Positions 30,901-39,392 of a DNA stretch of 64,000 bases are shown one piece after another. The stretch is from Kiritimatiellia bacterium (GTDB lineage Bacteria > Verrucomicrobiota > Kiritimatiellia > RFP12 > DVOR01). The first letter of the stretch is position 1. Every line of letters begins with the position of its first letter. Position numbers and translations under genes: made by a program. The notes under the pieces are model-generated. The model was not told where the DNA came from. It searched no databases and saw only the letters and a list, made by a program, of their open reading frames with translations. The stretch spans positions 3,696 to 67,695 of the forward strand of contig JAFYWN010000018.1 of the NCBI GenBank assembly GCA_017558005.1, in the 5' to 3' direction.

Positions 30901-33900
30901 ACTTGGATTTGGCCAAGGCAACGGTGACGGGTGTCAATCAGACAGCGCCGAGTCGTACAAAGTTGGCCTTCCCCTTGACGTTGAATTGGGCCACGGGTGA
31001 AGTCGGCGAACAGACAATCCGAATCCCTGTGAAGGCAGACAAGACCGTGGAGGATGAGGAGACCTTTACACTTCAGCTCGCCAATCCAGAAAATATGGCA
31101 TTGGGGAGCAAGCAGGTGTGTATGGTGACGCTCCATGACACGAATGAAAAGGAACTGAAGGCAGCGGTGACGCCTTATAAACCGAAACCTGGCGAGTCGC
31201 CAGTGTCTCATCAGGTGACGGTTGGGCGGAATGATGGCGCTGCGGGCTTCGTGGCGGGGAGTGGTGAATATACCGCTGGCTCCAAGCTAACTCTCACCGC
31301 AGAGGCACGTCCGGGTTATGCCTTCGTGGGATGGGCCTTGAAGGAGGATCTTGAAAACCTTCTCTCCACCAATCCGAAGTATCAGATTGTGGTTGGTGAG
31401 GATGGCGACTATGTAGCTGTCTTTGAACCCATTCCCTATGTGCGTGGTCTTGCGACTCCGGCGGAGGGTGGTAAGGTGACGGGAAGCGGTTACTGTGCCG
31501 ACGGCAAGAAGGTGACCTTGAAGGCAAGCGCAAACAAGAACTTTGTCTTTAAAGGGTGGTATGCCGCCTCTGTGGAGAATCCGCAGACGCCTGATGAGGC
31601 GGTGTGCGTGGCAACAACGCCCTCGCTTGTGATTGATCGCACGGCAAAGCCGACGGCAAATTCAAAGACGTCAACGACGTTGACGGATATTGATGAGGAT
31701 GTCACCTTCTTTGCGCTCTTTGAAGGGGATCCACGCTTAGGTCTGACCATGATGCCTGAAAGCGCAGGTAAGGTGACGGGGGCAGGGCGCTATCTGCCAG
31801 GTACAAAGGTAACCCTGAAGGCAACGCCTAATAAGGGTTATGTCTTCGCAGGATGGTATCAGGATGAAGCCTTTACGATGCCGTGCGAATCCATGTTGGC
31901 GGACTATCGCAATCCAAGTTATACCTATGTGACGGGTGCAGCGGATGCAACACTCCATGCATGCTTTGTCCCCGCAGAAGAGGATCAGGTCTTAACATTA
32001 ACCGTTCAGAATAAGGTGAATGACGAGATTGCAGAAACCTTTACAATTAACGGAAAGGCTGAATTTGTACTTCTGGTGGACTCAAAGTCCTTGCCAAAGG
32101 CAACCGTGACAGGGCTTCCCACAGGCATGAAGTTCACGGCAACGCCTGTGATGGTGAAGGGGTCGAAGACCGAGGTGGAATATCCCATTAATACGATTTA
32201 TGGCACACCAACCAAGCCGGGCGTTTATACCGTAACAGTCTCGCTCACGAATAGCACAATTAAGAAGGCGATTACAAAGACCTTCGAAATTAACGTGCTG
32301 AACTTTACGGATGATTTGATCAAAGTAAAAGATTCTTACGGTCCATATGTTCCAGGTGTTTCGTATACCGTAGAGATTCCAGAAGCCGCAGGTTGCACGG
32401 TGACAGGTTTGCCCACTGGCATGAAGTGGACGGCAAAGGATATTATAGATTTAAAAACGAAGGAAGTAACAACGCCTGCGAACTCGGTCTATGGCATTCC
32501 GACGACACCTGGCAACTACACGGTCTATTTCACGAAGACGGTGGATAAGGTGAAGCACACGGCTACAGCAACCTTCATCGTGGGGCCGTATCCGCAGTTA
32601 ACCGTGGACGTTCCTGTGTGCACAGACGGAACAATTGGCGGTAAGGTGACGGGTGCGGGTGGTTTTGCCGCGAATAAGAAGGTTACCTTGAGGGCAACGC
32701 CAAACAAGGGCTATGTCTTCGCCGGGTGGTACAAGGATGCTTTCTTTGAAACACCTTGCGATTCCACGATAATGGACTATCGCAATCCAAGCTATACCTA
32801 TGTGATGGGTGATTGCGACACGCAATTCTATGCCCGATTCGTCACCAAGGAAGATGAAGCGGATTACAAGATGGGAATCGCTTTGTATCCATTGGATGCG
32901 CCGACTTTGGAAATTGATGAACTCGTTTACAAGGCGGGTGAAGCAATTTTGCCGATTTGGGTGATGGTGGATTCGCTCACCTTGCCAAAGGTGACCGTGA
33001 AGGGTCTCCCGAAGGGAATGCAGTTTGATGCCAAGACCTTCACGATTTCGGGAATGCCAACGCAACCTGGCGATTACGTCGTCTACATTGAAGCGGTCAA
33101 TGCTTCGAAGTCGTGTGTGGCAGTTGCGGAATTCTACTTCACAATCACACACTATGATGCACATGGGCTCCATCAGGATGAAGAAAAAGTCCTGATGGTA
33201 GCCGCCTTTGAAGCGGGTGAAATCGTTTTGGATGAGAACTTTAGTGACTTGTTGAACAGCGTTTCCGTCAAGTCATTCAAATTGCCCAGTGGCTTAAGCT
33301 ACGATTCAAAGACGAATTCCATCAAAGGCAATGGTACGCTAAAGTGTGGCACCTACGTCGCAACACTTACCGATACTGAAGGCAAAGTGACCTCCTTCAC
33401 GCTCGTGGCGGAACTTACCGACGAGGATAAGTTCACGTATCGGAACGCCCTATCACTTAATCCAGAATATGCTTATGGTTATGAGGGTATTGTTCAAGGT
33501 GTTAACGCAGAGGTCTTTTGGCTTGAGGTTCTAAAATCTTGCGATGATTTTGGAGGTGGTTCTGACGTTTGTTTATTGGACGCAGAAGAGGCTAAGGCAC
33601 TAAGTATTAAGGTCTCTGGTTTGCCGACGGGATTGAAGGCAAACTTTGAAAAAGAGTATGTTGAGGAGTGGGAGGGTGATGAATATGTGAGAGATGTCTA
33701 TGCGTGCGATCTTTGGTTGGAAGGTAAGACCTCGGCTGCGCCTGGAGATTATCATGTAACTGTAACCATCACGAATAGTCGTACAGGACAAGTGGAACAT
33801 GTTCCTTCATTAATTCGCATCTATCCTCCACAACCTATTCAAACGACTTGGAACGCTTCGTTTTCAACAGAAATGGTTGATGAAGAAACTGGCGAAGTGC

Positions 33901-34238
33901 GCAATGCACATGCGGATGTGGTCTACACCATTGATGGGACAAGCGGTAGTGTGACGTATTCTCTCACCATTGATCCGAGCATAAGTAATCCCACAGAAAA
34001 ACCAATCACAAGGTCTGGCAAGTTCTCCCTTTGGTGCATTGGTGTAAGAGAAAACTTAGACGGAGAGACATACTACTTGTATGAGTTTGACCACATTACC
34101 ATGACAACCGAAGTCTATGCATGGATTAATATCAATGCGTCACATGAGATTCAGTCTCTCCACTTTGATTATTGGGAAGAGCGTCTCTCAGATGTATATG
34201 ACTGGGTCCTCTGGGAGTGGGATGATTCTCCTTGGTGA
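21933..34238 (+). CDS. Giant (~4100 aa) secreted multidomain surface protein/adhesin
   Basis: Signal peptide MTTQK...QVKA with AAGGA-like RBS (start at 21933). Repeated beta-rich units, Calx-beta-like, choice-of-anchor-Q-like (GDPLFVD...GDFRI...SPCVDA), CARDB-like, IPT/TIG-like, carboxypeptidase-regulatory-like, PKD-like, SCDPNE domain, InlB-B/Flg_new-like and putative-Ig (GLPxG) repeats. Domain names assigned by eye. Confidence 0.85.
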   Translation: MTTQKTFRGVFQMVLFLFLGLMAPQVKASTVALLSDSNTATNCTVTMQGVDEQHNPIYSVMPWVESSPRIRFESRAWAEEVRSAASADPTVVVMGGRLGGTTPTWTSDKTFLVMNSVYVPSGVTLTIQAGTVVKFCPGTFIKIEDGGALNIVGAEGQDVILTAANDNTVGSQIVGFDETPITFGGIVIQSSAASFSENGYVQTRGFKFGNFPTLTLNNTTAFASGGVARIPVTLNGVTREKIFSIDWVAEVDGEAFTSGKLTWSKTGEGTKTIEVTFDEAFASAHDGFTIRVVAHRGCNVSSETCAVTLSQWVTLPIVTGMSESAAVVYEARGTATGKLVRGEVTLGELKGGAATQWDTTGLLDGWQTATVGTNATELLVLNDATIAIEGGRLAADTTWDNTVTHLVRNSVYVPSGKTLTITAGTVVKFGEGTFIKVEDGGKLTVVGAAGQDVIFTPANDNTVGTTVPGLGDETITYGGVWVQSGSATYTDNSYVQLRGFNYGSYPTLTLNDATLFATDGVAYLPVTLNGVTRNAAFSIEWEAVVDGEVFQTGALTWSKTGDGTKIVEIPFDRTFGEAHATFTVRIVTHRACNVGRGEATVTLLKRETLALATDIATSPAARYEGREGETAAIVRGEVTLGEPEGGAATQWDTTGLLDGWQTATVGESDAELLVLNDPTIAIEGGRMTADVTWDNTVTHLLRNSVYVPSGKTLTITAGSVIKFGEGTFIKVEDGGKLNVVGAAGQDVILTPANDTTVGAPVPGLGDETITYGGVWVQSGSATYTDNSYVQLRQFNYGNYPTVTLNDAVALRKNGGIYLALTLSGATRNQAFSIDWKATDDTAKLGQDYAVASGSVTWSKSGEGTKWIYIPLNTDEVAGESRTFTVSIDVARAVNVARGVATAQIDEYENAGLNGDEVTVTVGTESAAAPIQEDIAEQVLFLNDVETIQYSGRWQKYPAEEATKLRVSLATDNGVTVLKETTPDDTGAFDLTLADWPVGYYTLSHEVENDYGEVVATMSKSFSILDHEDYEWHAGTLTQNERWTADKVHVVYSTVYVPALYTLFVEPGAVVKFMTGAGIDISQGGAFFGDSIIFTHVNDDTIGGDVLSDGYTVAPPMDAYFLNGSFTFGDDTELRNITQKTALSGTISSDKKLSRGSVYRVSGTLTIASGATLTIPAGTVLKMESGATINVNSGATLKAEGTRAQPIIMTSIKDDSVGGDTNGDGNKTMPQPGDWHQIRVAGGTFNASNLSMLYLSNGNNQGGLFVTGGSATLDLCTIAHCKYDAMRSTGGTSYVVNSIFTDASIGVAPNGGYAEYVNCVFHSLTTAVRWPTGKFVNCIFSEVASVFFDSTGSTPIQNCVLWNPQGYGPQSVSVTGANGNIWGDPLFVDPMNGDFRIVEGSPCVDAADSIVAPEVDYYGQPRITMTEQEEGAELVGQLADIGICEVMPRDITSDIDLVPLSVRTASEAKIGELLFVKWEVQNVGGAEVSTAWRDTILLVSESGCTVALGDKVAGNQIVAGGTVFCSGYFTVPAIEEGTWYVKVNVNSYRDIFEGSLIQNNALTGDRPITLSLDALDANTTTEGVVNANTPKVLKFTYDEGDTNRMMTVKVPAGVKVTWGFDFVPQGVANSGSMIADANGATFRVPEDATDVYVVIESDTTAEYEVSTDSTQMVVTSVYPMTLPSSGKTTLTITGAGFDKASSIVLSTGGKDYAFESFVQNAMGNLVATVDCATLQAGAVYTLTVSDENNAVSLTNAISVTKAEGKGELVANLILPESARQGRIAVGYIEYTNVGTADMDAPIFKVMGWREGGQKTDIETALSTTIDGEFTGEILLVGISATHPAGLLKIGETNRIPFYYNVNSAFSLRLAAIDAQSTSTRDSIYPTWQSFSEAISDATTELNRFGECFDYNEIYRVAMRAGVGNVVTTLRGQVYSTISESPCANVTLQVFESNAVLLENITTNEDGYFEIKNLKVDETYTIVAKGKYQFSTNWCAKTASLGSVIFWVDPLGEFTCSVKGIAADNVNIVAVEVKTGQRVEADFENNLFNIKDLRDGEYTIGAEINGYYCLTDNYNVTVDDGVASISNVELEFVPSGVVVGTVLNEKGVPVPAVQCFVEREDDGKRYEFYSDENGQFIINVPSGVYIVRTETNYSLIKEYKITVVNQQISQKEFIVTPCPFMLKPAMGIAPFECSLKWKKEFNNYPEAISFEWDFDSDGVVDSIEESPKWTYTNAGVYDVTCNVTFVDGTQVFFAKKDAVDVLAEEIEILADDTVKLDKWSGWDIIDASDEYITVKFNEHCIASYLDVGTKIILPANPLSPYKILSLEKVEDDMLLLQVEPIFVELAYDTLAKTFSVELMADDNGFYNGGHTKSLTLSSEISKSFLNDKLTITGGASIGGTATVLIYEKKLEKCALNVEAKASLTGTFKVGTNLKKDDVKKKKNKKKKKKKNEDDDSRCTIAEKVILVGYVPIELKLYIFADCEISMSGSITTEATASVEAGYSKVKGWFSDAEGDASLADLSINGNASFFFGLGLDVIAGMPSTKLTKSVKLSALDGTFKVGPNFYVDIKYHPSEDEVADEYKIGADIKYEFTANLLNIKLWNFLDWKALTYTDERAWHIMMYTWKTPIPSFYCDEIYRGQNLSTVEFKRTTTVDPLETLFKSGYWEINGCEYPISTWNNQTVSHDFYIPSEDSADSVEYDVALYESYKPGNPLFSKLVLPACKANRTTLTFGTGKGEDGGAGWTGLGGHQGILPQSCDPNEMAGPLGIGDPETERFVKPGDWMTYTVYFENKSDATAAAQEVRVTNPLSQYLDWSTFEMGEVSFNNQIDLGLSGKQTGASEVALNNTAYKVKTTVALDQTKGEVNWYLRIVDPSTETTWPEDVYAGILPPNDETHRGEGYLTYRVKVREDVPAGVRIDNSATIIFDYNEPIETDPAWWNRVVPSQVPMSISPEATLVDEGETIEVKVFGGDLTRPSSAQVYLSYHTAAAADLDLAKATVTGVNQTAPSRTKLAFPLTLNWATGEVGEQTIRIPVKADKTVEDEETFTLQLANPENMALGSKQVCMVTLHDTNEKELKAAVTPYKPKPGESPVSHQVTVGRNDGAAGFVAGSGEYTAGSKLTLTAEARPGYAFVGWALKEDLENLLSTNPKYQIVVGEDGDYVAVFEPIPYVRGLATPAEGGKVTGSGYCADGKKVTLKASANKNFVFKGWYAASVENPQTPDEAVCVATTPSLVIDRTAKPTANSKTSTTLTDIDEDVTFFALFEGDPRLGLTMMPESAGKVTGAGRYLPGTKVTLKATPNKGYVFAGWYQDEAFTMPCESMLADYRNPSYTYVTGAADATLHACFVPAEEDQVLTLTVQNKVNDEIAETFTINGKAEFVLLVDSKSLPKATVTGLPTGMKFTATPVMVKGSKTEVEYPINTIYGTPTKPGVYTVTVSLTNSTIKKAITKTFEINVLNFTDDLIKVKDSYGPYVPGVSYTVEIPEAAGCTVTGLPTGMKWTAKDIIDLKTKEVTTPANSVYGIPTTPGNYTVYFTKTVDKVKHTATATFIVGPYPQLTVDVPVCTDGTIGGKVTGAGGFAANKKVTLRATPNKGYVFAGWYKDAFFETPCDSTIMDYRNPSYTYVMGDCDTQFYARFVTKEDEADYKMGIALYPLDAPTLEIDELVYKAGEAILPIWVMVDSLTLPKVTVKGLPKGMQFDAKTFTISGMPTQPGDYVVYIEAVNASKSCVAVAEFYFTITHYDAHGLHQDEEKVLMVAAFEAGEIVLDENFSDLLNSVSVKSFKLPSGLSYDSKTNSIKGNGTLKCGTYVATLTDTEGKVTSFTLVAELTDEDKFTYRNALSLNPEYAYGYEGIVQGVNAEVFWLEVLKSCDDFGGGSDVCLLDAEEAKALSIKVSGLPTGLKANFEKEYVEEWEGDEYVRDVYACDLWLEGKTSAAPGDYHVTVTITNSRTGQVEHVPSLIRIYPPQPIQTTWNASFSTEMVDEETGEVRNAHADVVYTIDGTSGSVTYSLTIDPSISNPTEKPITRSGKFSLWCIGVRENLDGETYYLYEFDHITMTTEVYAWININASHEIQSLHFDYWEERLSDVYDWVLWEWDDSPW

Positions 34239-34249
34239 CCTAAAAGACC

Positions 34250-34279
34250 AAGTGGACAGGGAAGGGCCCCTGTCCACTT
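34250..34279 (+). terminator. Intrinsic terminator after the giant gene
   Basis: aagtggacaggg-aagggc-ccctgtccactt followed by ttgttt. Confidence 0.75.
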
Positions 34280-34317
34280 TTGTTTATCAACAATTGCATA
34301 ACGTTCTAGTTTTCGGC

Positions 34318-34346
34318 TTGTACTTTCCAATAAAAGGGTGTAAAGT
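34318..34346 (+). promoter_or_regulatory. Sigma70-type promoter with extended -10
   Basis: TTGTAC-17 bp-TAAAGT with TG before the -10; the same layout is conserved at 56962-56990. Confidence 0.65.
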
Positions 34347-34422
34347 ATAGAGAGATTGTTCAACTTGAGGCTGTTGGTTTCTTTTGCCACGCATTGAATT
34401 ATTTTACGAAAAGAGGTATCGA

Positions 34423-37400
34423 ATGAAAAAGTTCTTACTCGCCCTTTGCCTCTTGATGGGTCATGCCGCCCTCTACGCAGCCACGGATCTTCTCTCCACT
34501 CCGTCTGCTCATGGAAGTGATTTTGTGACAGTTACCTTTAATGCGAATGGTGGTACTGGTGGTGCGACGATTACGCAAATGCCTGGAAGTAAGCTTGAGG
34601 CACCCATTGTTGCGCGCCCAGGGCATATTTTCGTTGGTTGGGATCCTGAAGTGCCGAAAGTCGTACCTCGCGAAGCGAGAACTTACACGGCAAAGTGGAG
34701 AATGTTTGAGGGGGAATGGGCTGATATTGGTTTTGTTAGGGGTAAGTCAAATTCCAACTCCCTCGTATTCATTGACAAATTTTATACCAACAACCCATCG
34801 TTAGAGGATGAACTGGGGAGATGTACGGTTATTGGCCTTCCTAAAGGAATTACCTTTAAGCAAAGGGATTATCCTGACGATCTTGAATTTTTAATTTCAG
34901 GTAAGACGAGTGTTCCCGTGGGGGACTATCCAGTGTTGTTTCAATTTGAAGATTCCTCCTACATATCGGCTAAGATAAAGGTGCGAGATCCCCTTCCCTC
35001 ATTTACCGCGACTTACAAAAGTACCACGAAGGAAGTGCCTGTAGGTTGGGATTATGGGGATGATTGGCCTATGGAGACAAAGGCTAATGTAGATGTTGAG
35101 TATCAGGTGGTCAACGGAGAGCTGAAAAAAATTAAGTACAAAAGTTCATATTTTGATAAAGATTATGGTTCTTGGAATCGTGAGTATGAAATCTCTGATA
35201 CTAAGTACTGGGCGGTTATCACAAGGGATGGTAAAGAGGCTATAGCCGTGGGTGGAAGGTATGATTATCCAACGAGGGGTGGTGTTGAGTATGAGTGCCT
35301 TTATGCTGCGATTCTTTTTTGGGATGACAATACTGTAACAGGTGGCGTGGGATATGATTACGAGGAGGATGCGAGGGGAAATATTTACATCATTGAAGGG
35401 CATGGTAACTGGGGCGGCGCTCCCATTGAGGTAAAATGCACGAGCTACTTTGGTGTTGAGAATATTGGGAGTGGATCCGGCAAAACAACACATTCAGGCA
35501 CGGTTGCGTTAGGCAATTCAGTGACGTTAAAGGCCACGGCAGATAAGGGAAGTCTCTTTGCTGGATGGTATTCGGATCCCGAGGGGCGACGTCCCTTAAA
35601 AGCGGCAGTAGATTATCGCACGACATCTCTTTCGCATACAATTACTAACGCTTTTGAAAAAGTGTATGCAAAGTTTGTCACAGCAGAAGAGGACCACTTG
35701 TTAACGTTAACTGTGAAAGGGAAAGAAATAACCGATGGCTCACACACCTTTATGGTGGATGGCCCGTTTGTTTTGACCTTTGACGTTGGCTCAAATTCAC
35801 TTCCGAAGGTTTCAGTAAAGGGGCTCCCCGCTGGGATGAAGTTTACTGCTACGCCAGTGATGGTCAAGGGTTCAAAGACGGAGGTGGAATATCCTGCGAA
35901 TAGCATTTATGGTACACCGACGAAGCCGGGTATTTATACGGTGACGGTCTCGCTTACGAACACGACTGTGAAGAAGGCAATTACAAAGACCTTTAATATT
36001 AAGGTGCCGAATTTGACAGCGCCTGACATTGATATTGACGATTGCTACGGAGAATACATCCCTGGCGTTTCGTACACAAAGCCGATTCCTGGAGCAGAGG
36101 GTTGTACTGTGACGGGCTTACCTGCAGGCATGAAGTGGACGGCAAAGGATATTTACAAGAAGGGTTCTAAGACGGAAGTTGAAACGCGTGCGAACTCGGT
36201 CTATGGAGTGCCGACAACGCCTGGTAACTACACGGTCTACTTCACAAAGACGGTGGATAAGGTGAAGCACACAGCTACGGCGACCTTCATCGTGGGACCG
36301 TATCCGCAGTTAAGCATTACAGTAAATGATGAAGCTGGTGGTAAGGTAACTGGCACAGGTGGCTTTGCTGCGAACAAGACGACAACTTTGAAGGCAACGC
36401 CGAACAAGGGTTATGTTTTTGCTGGATGGTACGAAGATGCAACCTTTGAAAACCCGTGTGACTCCACTTTAGTGGATTATCGCAATCCAAGCTATACTTA
36501 TGTGATGGGAGCAACAAATAAGACCTTCTACGCTCGCTTTGTCCCAGCAGAAGAGGATCACTTGTTAACGTTAACTGTAAAAGGGAAAGAAATAACCGAT
36601 GGTTCACACACCTTTATGGTGGATGGCCCGTCTGTTTTGACCTTTGATGTTGGCTCAAATTCACTTCCGAAGGTCTCTGTGAAGGGGCTCCCCGCTGGGA
36701 TGAAGTTCACGGCGAAGCCTGTGATGAAGAAGGGTTCGAAGACGGAGGTGGAATATCCTGCTAATACGATCTATGGGACACCAACGAAGCCTGGTATTTA
36801 CACCGTAAAGGTGGCACTCACGAACACCACAATTACGAAGGCTATTACGAAAACCTTTAACATTGAAGTGCCGAATTTGACCGCAGCGAATGAGTATTTT
36901 AATGTTACGCTTCAAAATGGTTCTGGTGACGCATACCAACTTGTTGCAGGGGATGCGAATGTGAGCAGTTTGCCCTCGCTTACGTTACGTGATCCGAACT
37001 GTAAACTTGCGGTGAGCGGTTTGCCAGCAGGATTGAAGTACGATGCAAAAACAGGTCAGATTGTCGGCGTGCCGACAAAGACCGGAACCTTTACGGTGAC
37101 CTTGACCGTAACAGAGGGGACGCAAAAGATTGTTTCAACGATAACAATCAAAGTTACAACTTTGCCCTCTTGGGCAATCGGAACTTTTGGAGGCGAATTA
37201 GAAAACCAATGGCTTGAAGACGATGGCCCTGCGTATGCATATGGAGATGCCTATCTTGAGATTGATGACGAAGGCTATGTGTTTGGACAGATTGAATTGT
37301 GGGATGACTACAGTTACACATACAGCGATATCGCGACTAAGGCGACCGTAAAGATATTGGCGGATGGTTGTTGTTTGCTGAAAATTCCTGCAGATATCTA

Positions 37401-37932
37401 CACAGAAATGATCGATGAAGGCTATACGTACCATGAGGGACGTTACACATTGGAAGCAACGATAGATAAGACGGGCTATCTTTCGCTGGACTATGGTCGT
37501 CGCGATTATGGTGAGTTTCTTCACGGAGACTTATTTCAATGGGGTGATTCTTTGCCCTCTTGGGTGACGGGAACATACTCCTGCGATTATCTCGAGAATG
37601 GATGGTGGTGTGACGACTGCGATCAAATGGAATACGCATATGGTAATGGATGGGTTGAGATTGATGCGGCAGGCAATGTTTTGGGGAAAATCAATCTTTG
37701 GGATGATAGCTCCTATACATACGCAGACGTTGATGCTAAGGCGGCCGTAAAACTTAAAGATGATGGTACGTATTCTTTGAAGTTTAGTGTGAATGTTTAT
37801 ACAAAGCATCACGACGGCAGAACCGAATATGAAGGTCGCTTTATACTTGAAGTAATCGTAAATGATGAGGGGAAACTTTTGCTTGATTACAGAGACCCGA
37901 GCGATTACGTAAGAGGAACCTTTTGGAAATGA
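34423..37932 (+). CDS. Secreted surface protein (~1170 aa) with InlB-B-like and putative-Ig repeats, paralogous to the giant protein's stalk
   Basis: AAGAGG RBS, signal peptide MKKFLLALCLLMGHAALYA; GYVFAGWY, GLPAGMKF...YGTPTKPG repeats; internal 864-bp duplication; duplicated LPSW..GT C-terminal domain. Confidence 0.85.
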   Translation: MKKFLLALCLLMGHAALYAATDLLSTPSAHGSDFVTVTFNANGGTGGATITQMPGSKLEAPIVARPGHIFVGWDPEVPKVVPREARTYTAKWRMFEGEWADIGFVRGKSNSNSLVFIDKFYTNNPSLEDELGRCTVIGLPKGITFKQRDYPDDLEFLISGKTSVPVGDYPVLFQFEDSSYISAKIKVRDPLPSFTATYKSTTKEVPVGWDYGDDWPMETKANVDVEYQVVNGELKKIKYKSSYFDKDYGSWNREYEISDTKYWAVITRDGKEAIAVGGRYDYPTRGGVEYECLYAAILFWDDNTVTGGVGYDYEEDARGNIYIIEGHGNWGGAPIEVKCTSYFGVENIGSGSGKTTHSGTVALGNSVTLKATADKGSLFAGWYSDPEGRRPLKAAVDYRTTSLSHTITNAFEKVYAKFVTAEEDHLLTLTVKGKEITDGSHTFMVDGPFVLTFDVGSNSLPKVSVKGLPAGMKFTATPVMVKGSKTEVEYPANSIYGTPTKPGIYTVTVSLTNTTVKKAITKTFNIKVPNLTAPDIDIDDCYGEYIPGVSYTKPIPGAEGCTVTGLPAGMKWTAKDIYKKGSKTEVETRANSVYGVPTTPGNYTVYFTKTVDKVKHTATATFIVGPYPQLSITVNDEAGGKVTGTGGFAANKTTTLKATPNKGYVFAGWYEDATFENPCDSTLVDYRNPSYTYVMGATNKTFYARFVPAEEDHLLTLTVKGKEITDGSHTFMVDGPSVLTFDVGSNSLPKVSVKGLPAGMKFTAKPVMKKGSKTEVEYPANTIYGTPTKPGIYTVKVALTNTTITKAITKTFNIEVPNLTAANEYFNVTLQNGSGDAYQLVAGDANVSSLPSLTLRDPNCKLAVSGLPAGLKYDAKTGQIVGVPTKTGTFTVTLTVTEGTQKIVSTITIKVTTLPSWAIGTFGGELENQWLEDDGPAYAYGDAYLEIDDEGYVFGQIELWDDYSYTYSDIATKATVKILADGCCLLKIPADIYTEMIDEGYTYHEGRYTLEATIDKTGYLSLDYGRRDYGEFLHGDLFQWGDSLPSWVTGTYSCDYLENGWWCDDCDQMEYAYGNGWVEIDAAGNVLGKINLWDDSSYTYADVDAKAAVKLKDDGTYSLKFSVNVYTKHHDGRTEYEGRFILEVIVNDEGKLLLDYRDPSDYVRGTFWK

Positions 37933-37934
37933 AC

Positions 37935-37960
37935 ATTGGGGCGCCTTCGGGCGCCCTAAT
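37935..37960 (+). terminator. Terminator-like hairpin with C(UUCG)G loop
   Basis: attggggcgcc-ttcg-ggcgccctaat right after the stop codon. Confidence 0.7.
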
Positions 37961-38080
37961 CTCTTTAAATTAAAATAAGAATGGGGAGCACGGGGTGAAG
38001 GAGAAGAAGAACCCAAGGGGGCGTCTAACTTAGGAAGAATTCTCAAATAGTAGAATTTTGAGTTATTTTCTTTTAAATTG

Positions 38081-38089
38081 TGCTATACT
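38081..38089 (+). promoter_or_regulatory. Extended -10 promoter element for argG
   Basis: TGCTATACT ~37 bp before the ATG; AAGGAG RBS follows. Confidence 0.55.
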
Positions 38090-38125
38090 TTCGCACGTTT
38101 TTATTTAATTAAGGAGTAAAACCTC

Positions 38126-39367
38126 ATGGCAATGGTTTTGGATGACCTCAAAGGTATGGTGGCTGGCACTTGCGTTTCCGGTGGTTTGGATTCGCGTACA
38201 ATCGCTAAGGTGATGATGGAAGCTGGCGTGAAGGTGATCGGTTTCACGGGTGGCATTGGCCAGCCTGACGAAGCAGATATCAATGACGTGGCAAAGCGTA
38301 TGGCGCCGACGGGCATTGAAACGATTATCGTTGATTTGCGCAATGAAATGGCTGATGCATGCTTGGAAGCAATTAAGTGCCAGGCAATGTATGATGGCGG
38401 TTATTGGAATTCCACTGGTATCGGTCGCGCAGTGACCATCAAGGGTTTGATTCCTGAGATGAAGAAGCGTGGCGTGCAGGTGTTGGTGCATGGTGCAACG
38501 GGTCGTGGTAATGACCAGATGCGCATTGAACGTTACACCAATGTGTTCGCTCCTGAAATGAAGGTGTATGCTCCGTGGCGTGATGCTGGTCTTCTTGAAA
38601 AGTTCCCTGGCCGTACGCAGATGGTGGATTACCTCGCCCAGTTTGGCATCGTAGCTTTCGCGGGTGGCAAGAAGAAGTATTCGACTGATGCTAATATGGC
38701 GGGTCTTTCTCACGAAGCAGAAGATCTCGAAAGCATGGAAACGTCCATGCAGATCGTTGAACCGACCATGGGCGTGTGGCCGTGGCAGGCTCCTGACAAG
38801 TTTGAGCAGGTTTCCATCCGCTTCGCTAAGGGTCGCGTGGTGCAGATTAATGGCAAGGATGTGACCCCGCTTGAAGCGATGATGCTCGCAAATGAAATCG
38901 GTGGCCGCAATGGTATCGGTATGAAGCACGCGCTTGAAAATCGTATCATCGGTACGAAGAGCCGTGGCGTGTATGAAGCACCGGGTATGGAATTGCTCGG
39001 TACGGCAATCCGTTATGTCTATCAGGCAACGATGGATCGTCGTGCGACCTTGTTCTTCACGCAGTTGTCTAAGTTGATTACTGATGAAATCTACGATGGT
39101 CGTTACTACGATCCGACCTGCGTGGCAGCTCGTAATGCGGTGGATACGCTCGCGCAGTACGCAGATGGCACGGTCAAGCTTAGCCTCTACAAGGGTAACA
39201 TCATCTTTGATGCACTCACGGACTGCCCGCATACCATTTATAATGAAGCAGACTCTTCGATGGAAGCTTCTGATGGTGTGAATCCGGTTAGCTCGCAGGG
39301 CTTTGCTGAAATTCAGTCGGTGGAAGCACGCATGTTGGCGCTCTCTGGCCAGATTGAAGGTCGCTAA
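38126..39367 (+). CDS. argG: Argininosuccinate synthase
   Basis: SGGLDS, HGATGRGNDQMR, YSTDANM, ENRIIGTKSRGVYEAPG. Confidence 0.94.
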   Translation: MAMVLDDLKGMVAGTCVSGGLDSRTIAKVMMEAGVKVIGFTGGIGQPDEADINDVAKRMAPTGIETIIVDLRNEMADACLEAIKCQAMYDGGYWNSTGIGRAVTIKGLIPEMKKRGVQVLVHGATGRGNDQMRIERYTNVFAPEMKVYAPWRDAGLLEKFPGRTQMVDYLAQFGIVAFAGGKKKYSTDANMAGLSHEAEDLESMETSMQIVEPTMGVWPWQAPDKFEQVSIRFAKGRVVQINGKDVTPLEAMMLANEIGGRNGIGMKHALENRIIGTKSRGVYEAPGMELLGTAIRYVYQATMDRRATLFFTQLSKLITDEIYDGRYYDPTCVAARNAVDTLAQYADGTVKLSLYKGNIIFDALTDCPHTIYNEADSSMEASDGVNPVSSQGFAEIQSVEARMLALSGQIEGR

Positions 39368-39392
39368 GGCGCGATAGACTTCAATTGAAGTA

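Noticed and set aside
21933-34238. RTX, RHS or autotransporter assignment for the giant protein
   Set aside because: No GGxGxD nonapeptides, no YD repeats or RHS core, and no recognisable C-terminal autotransporter barrel.
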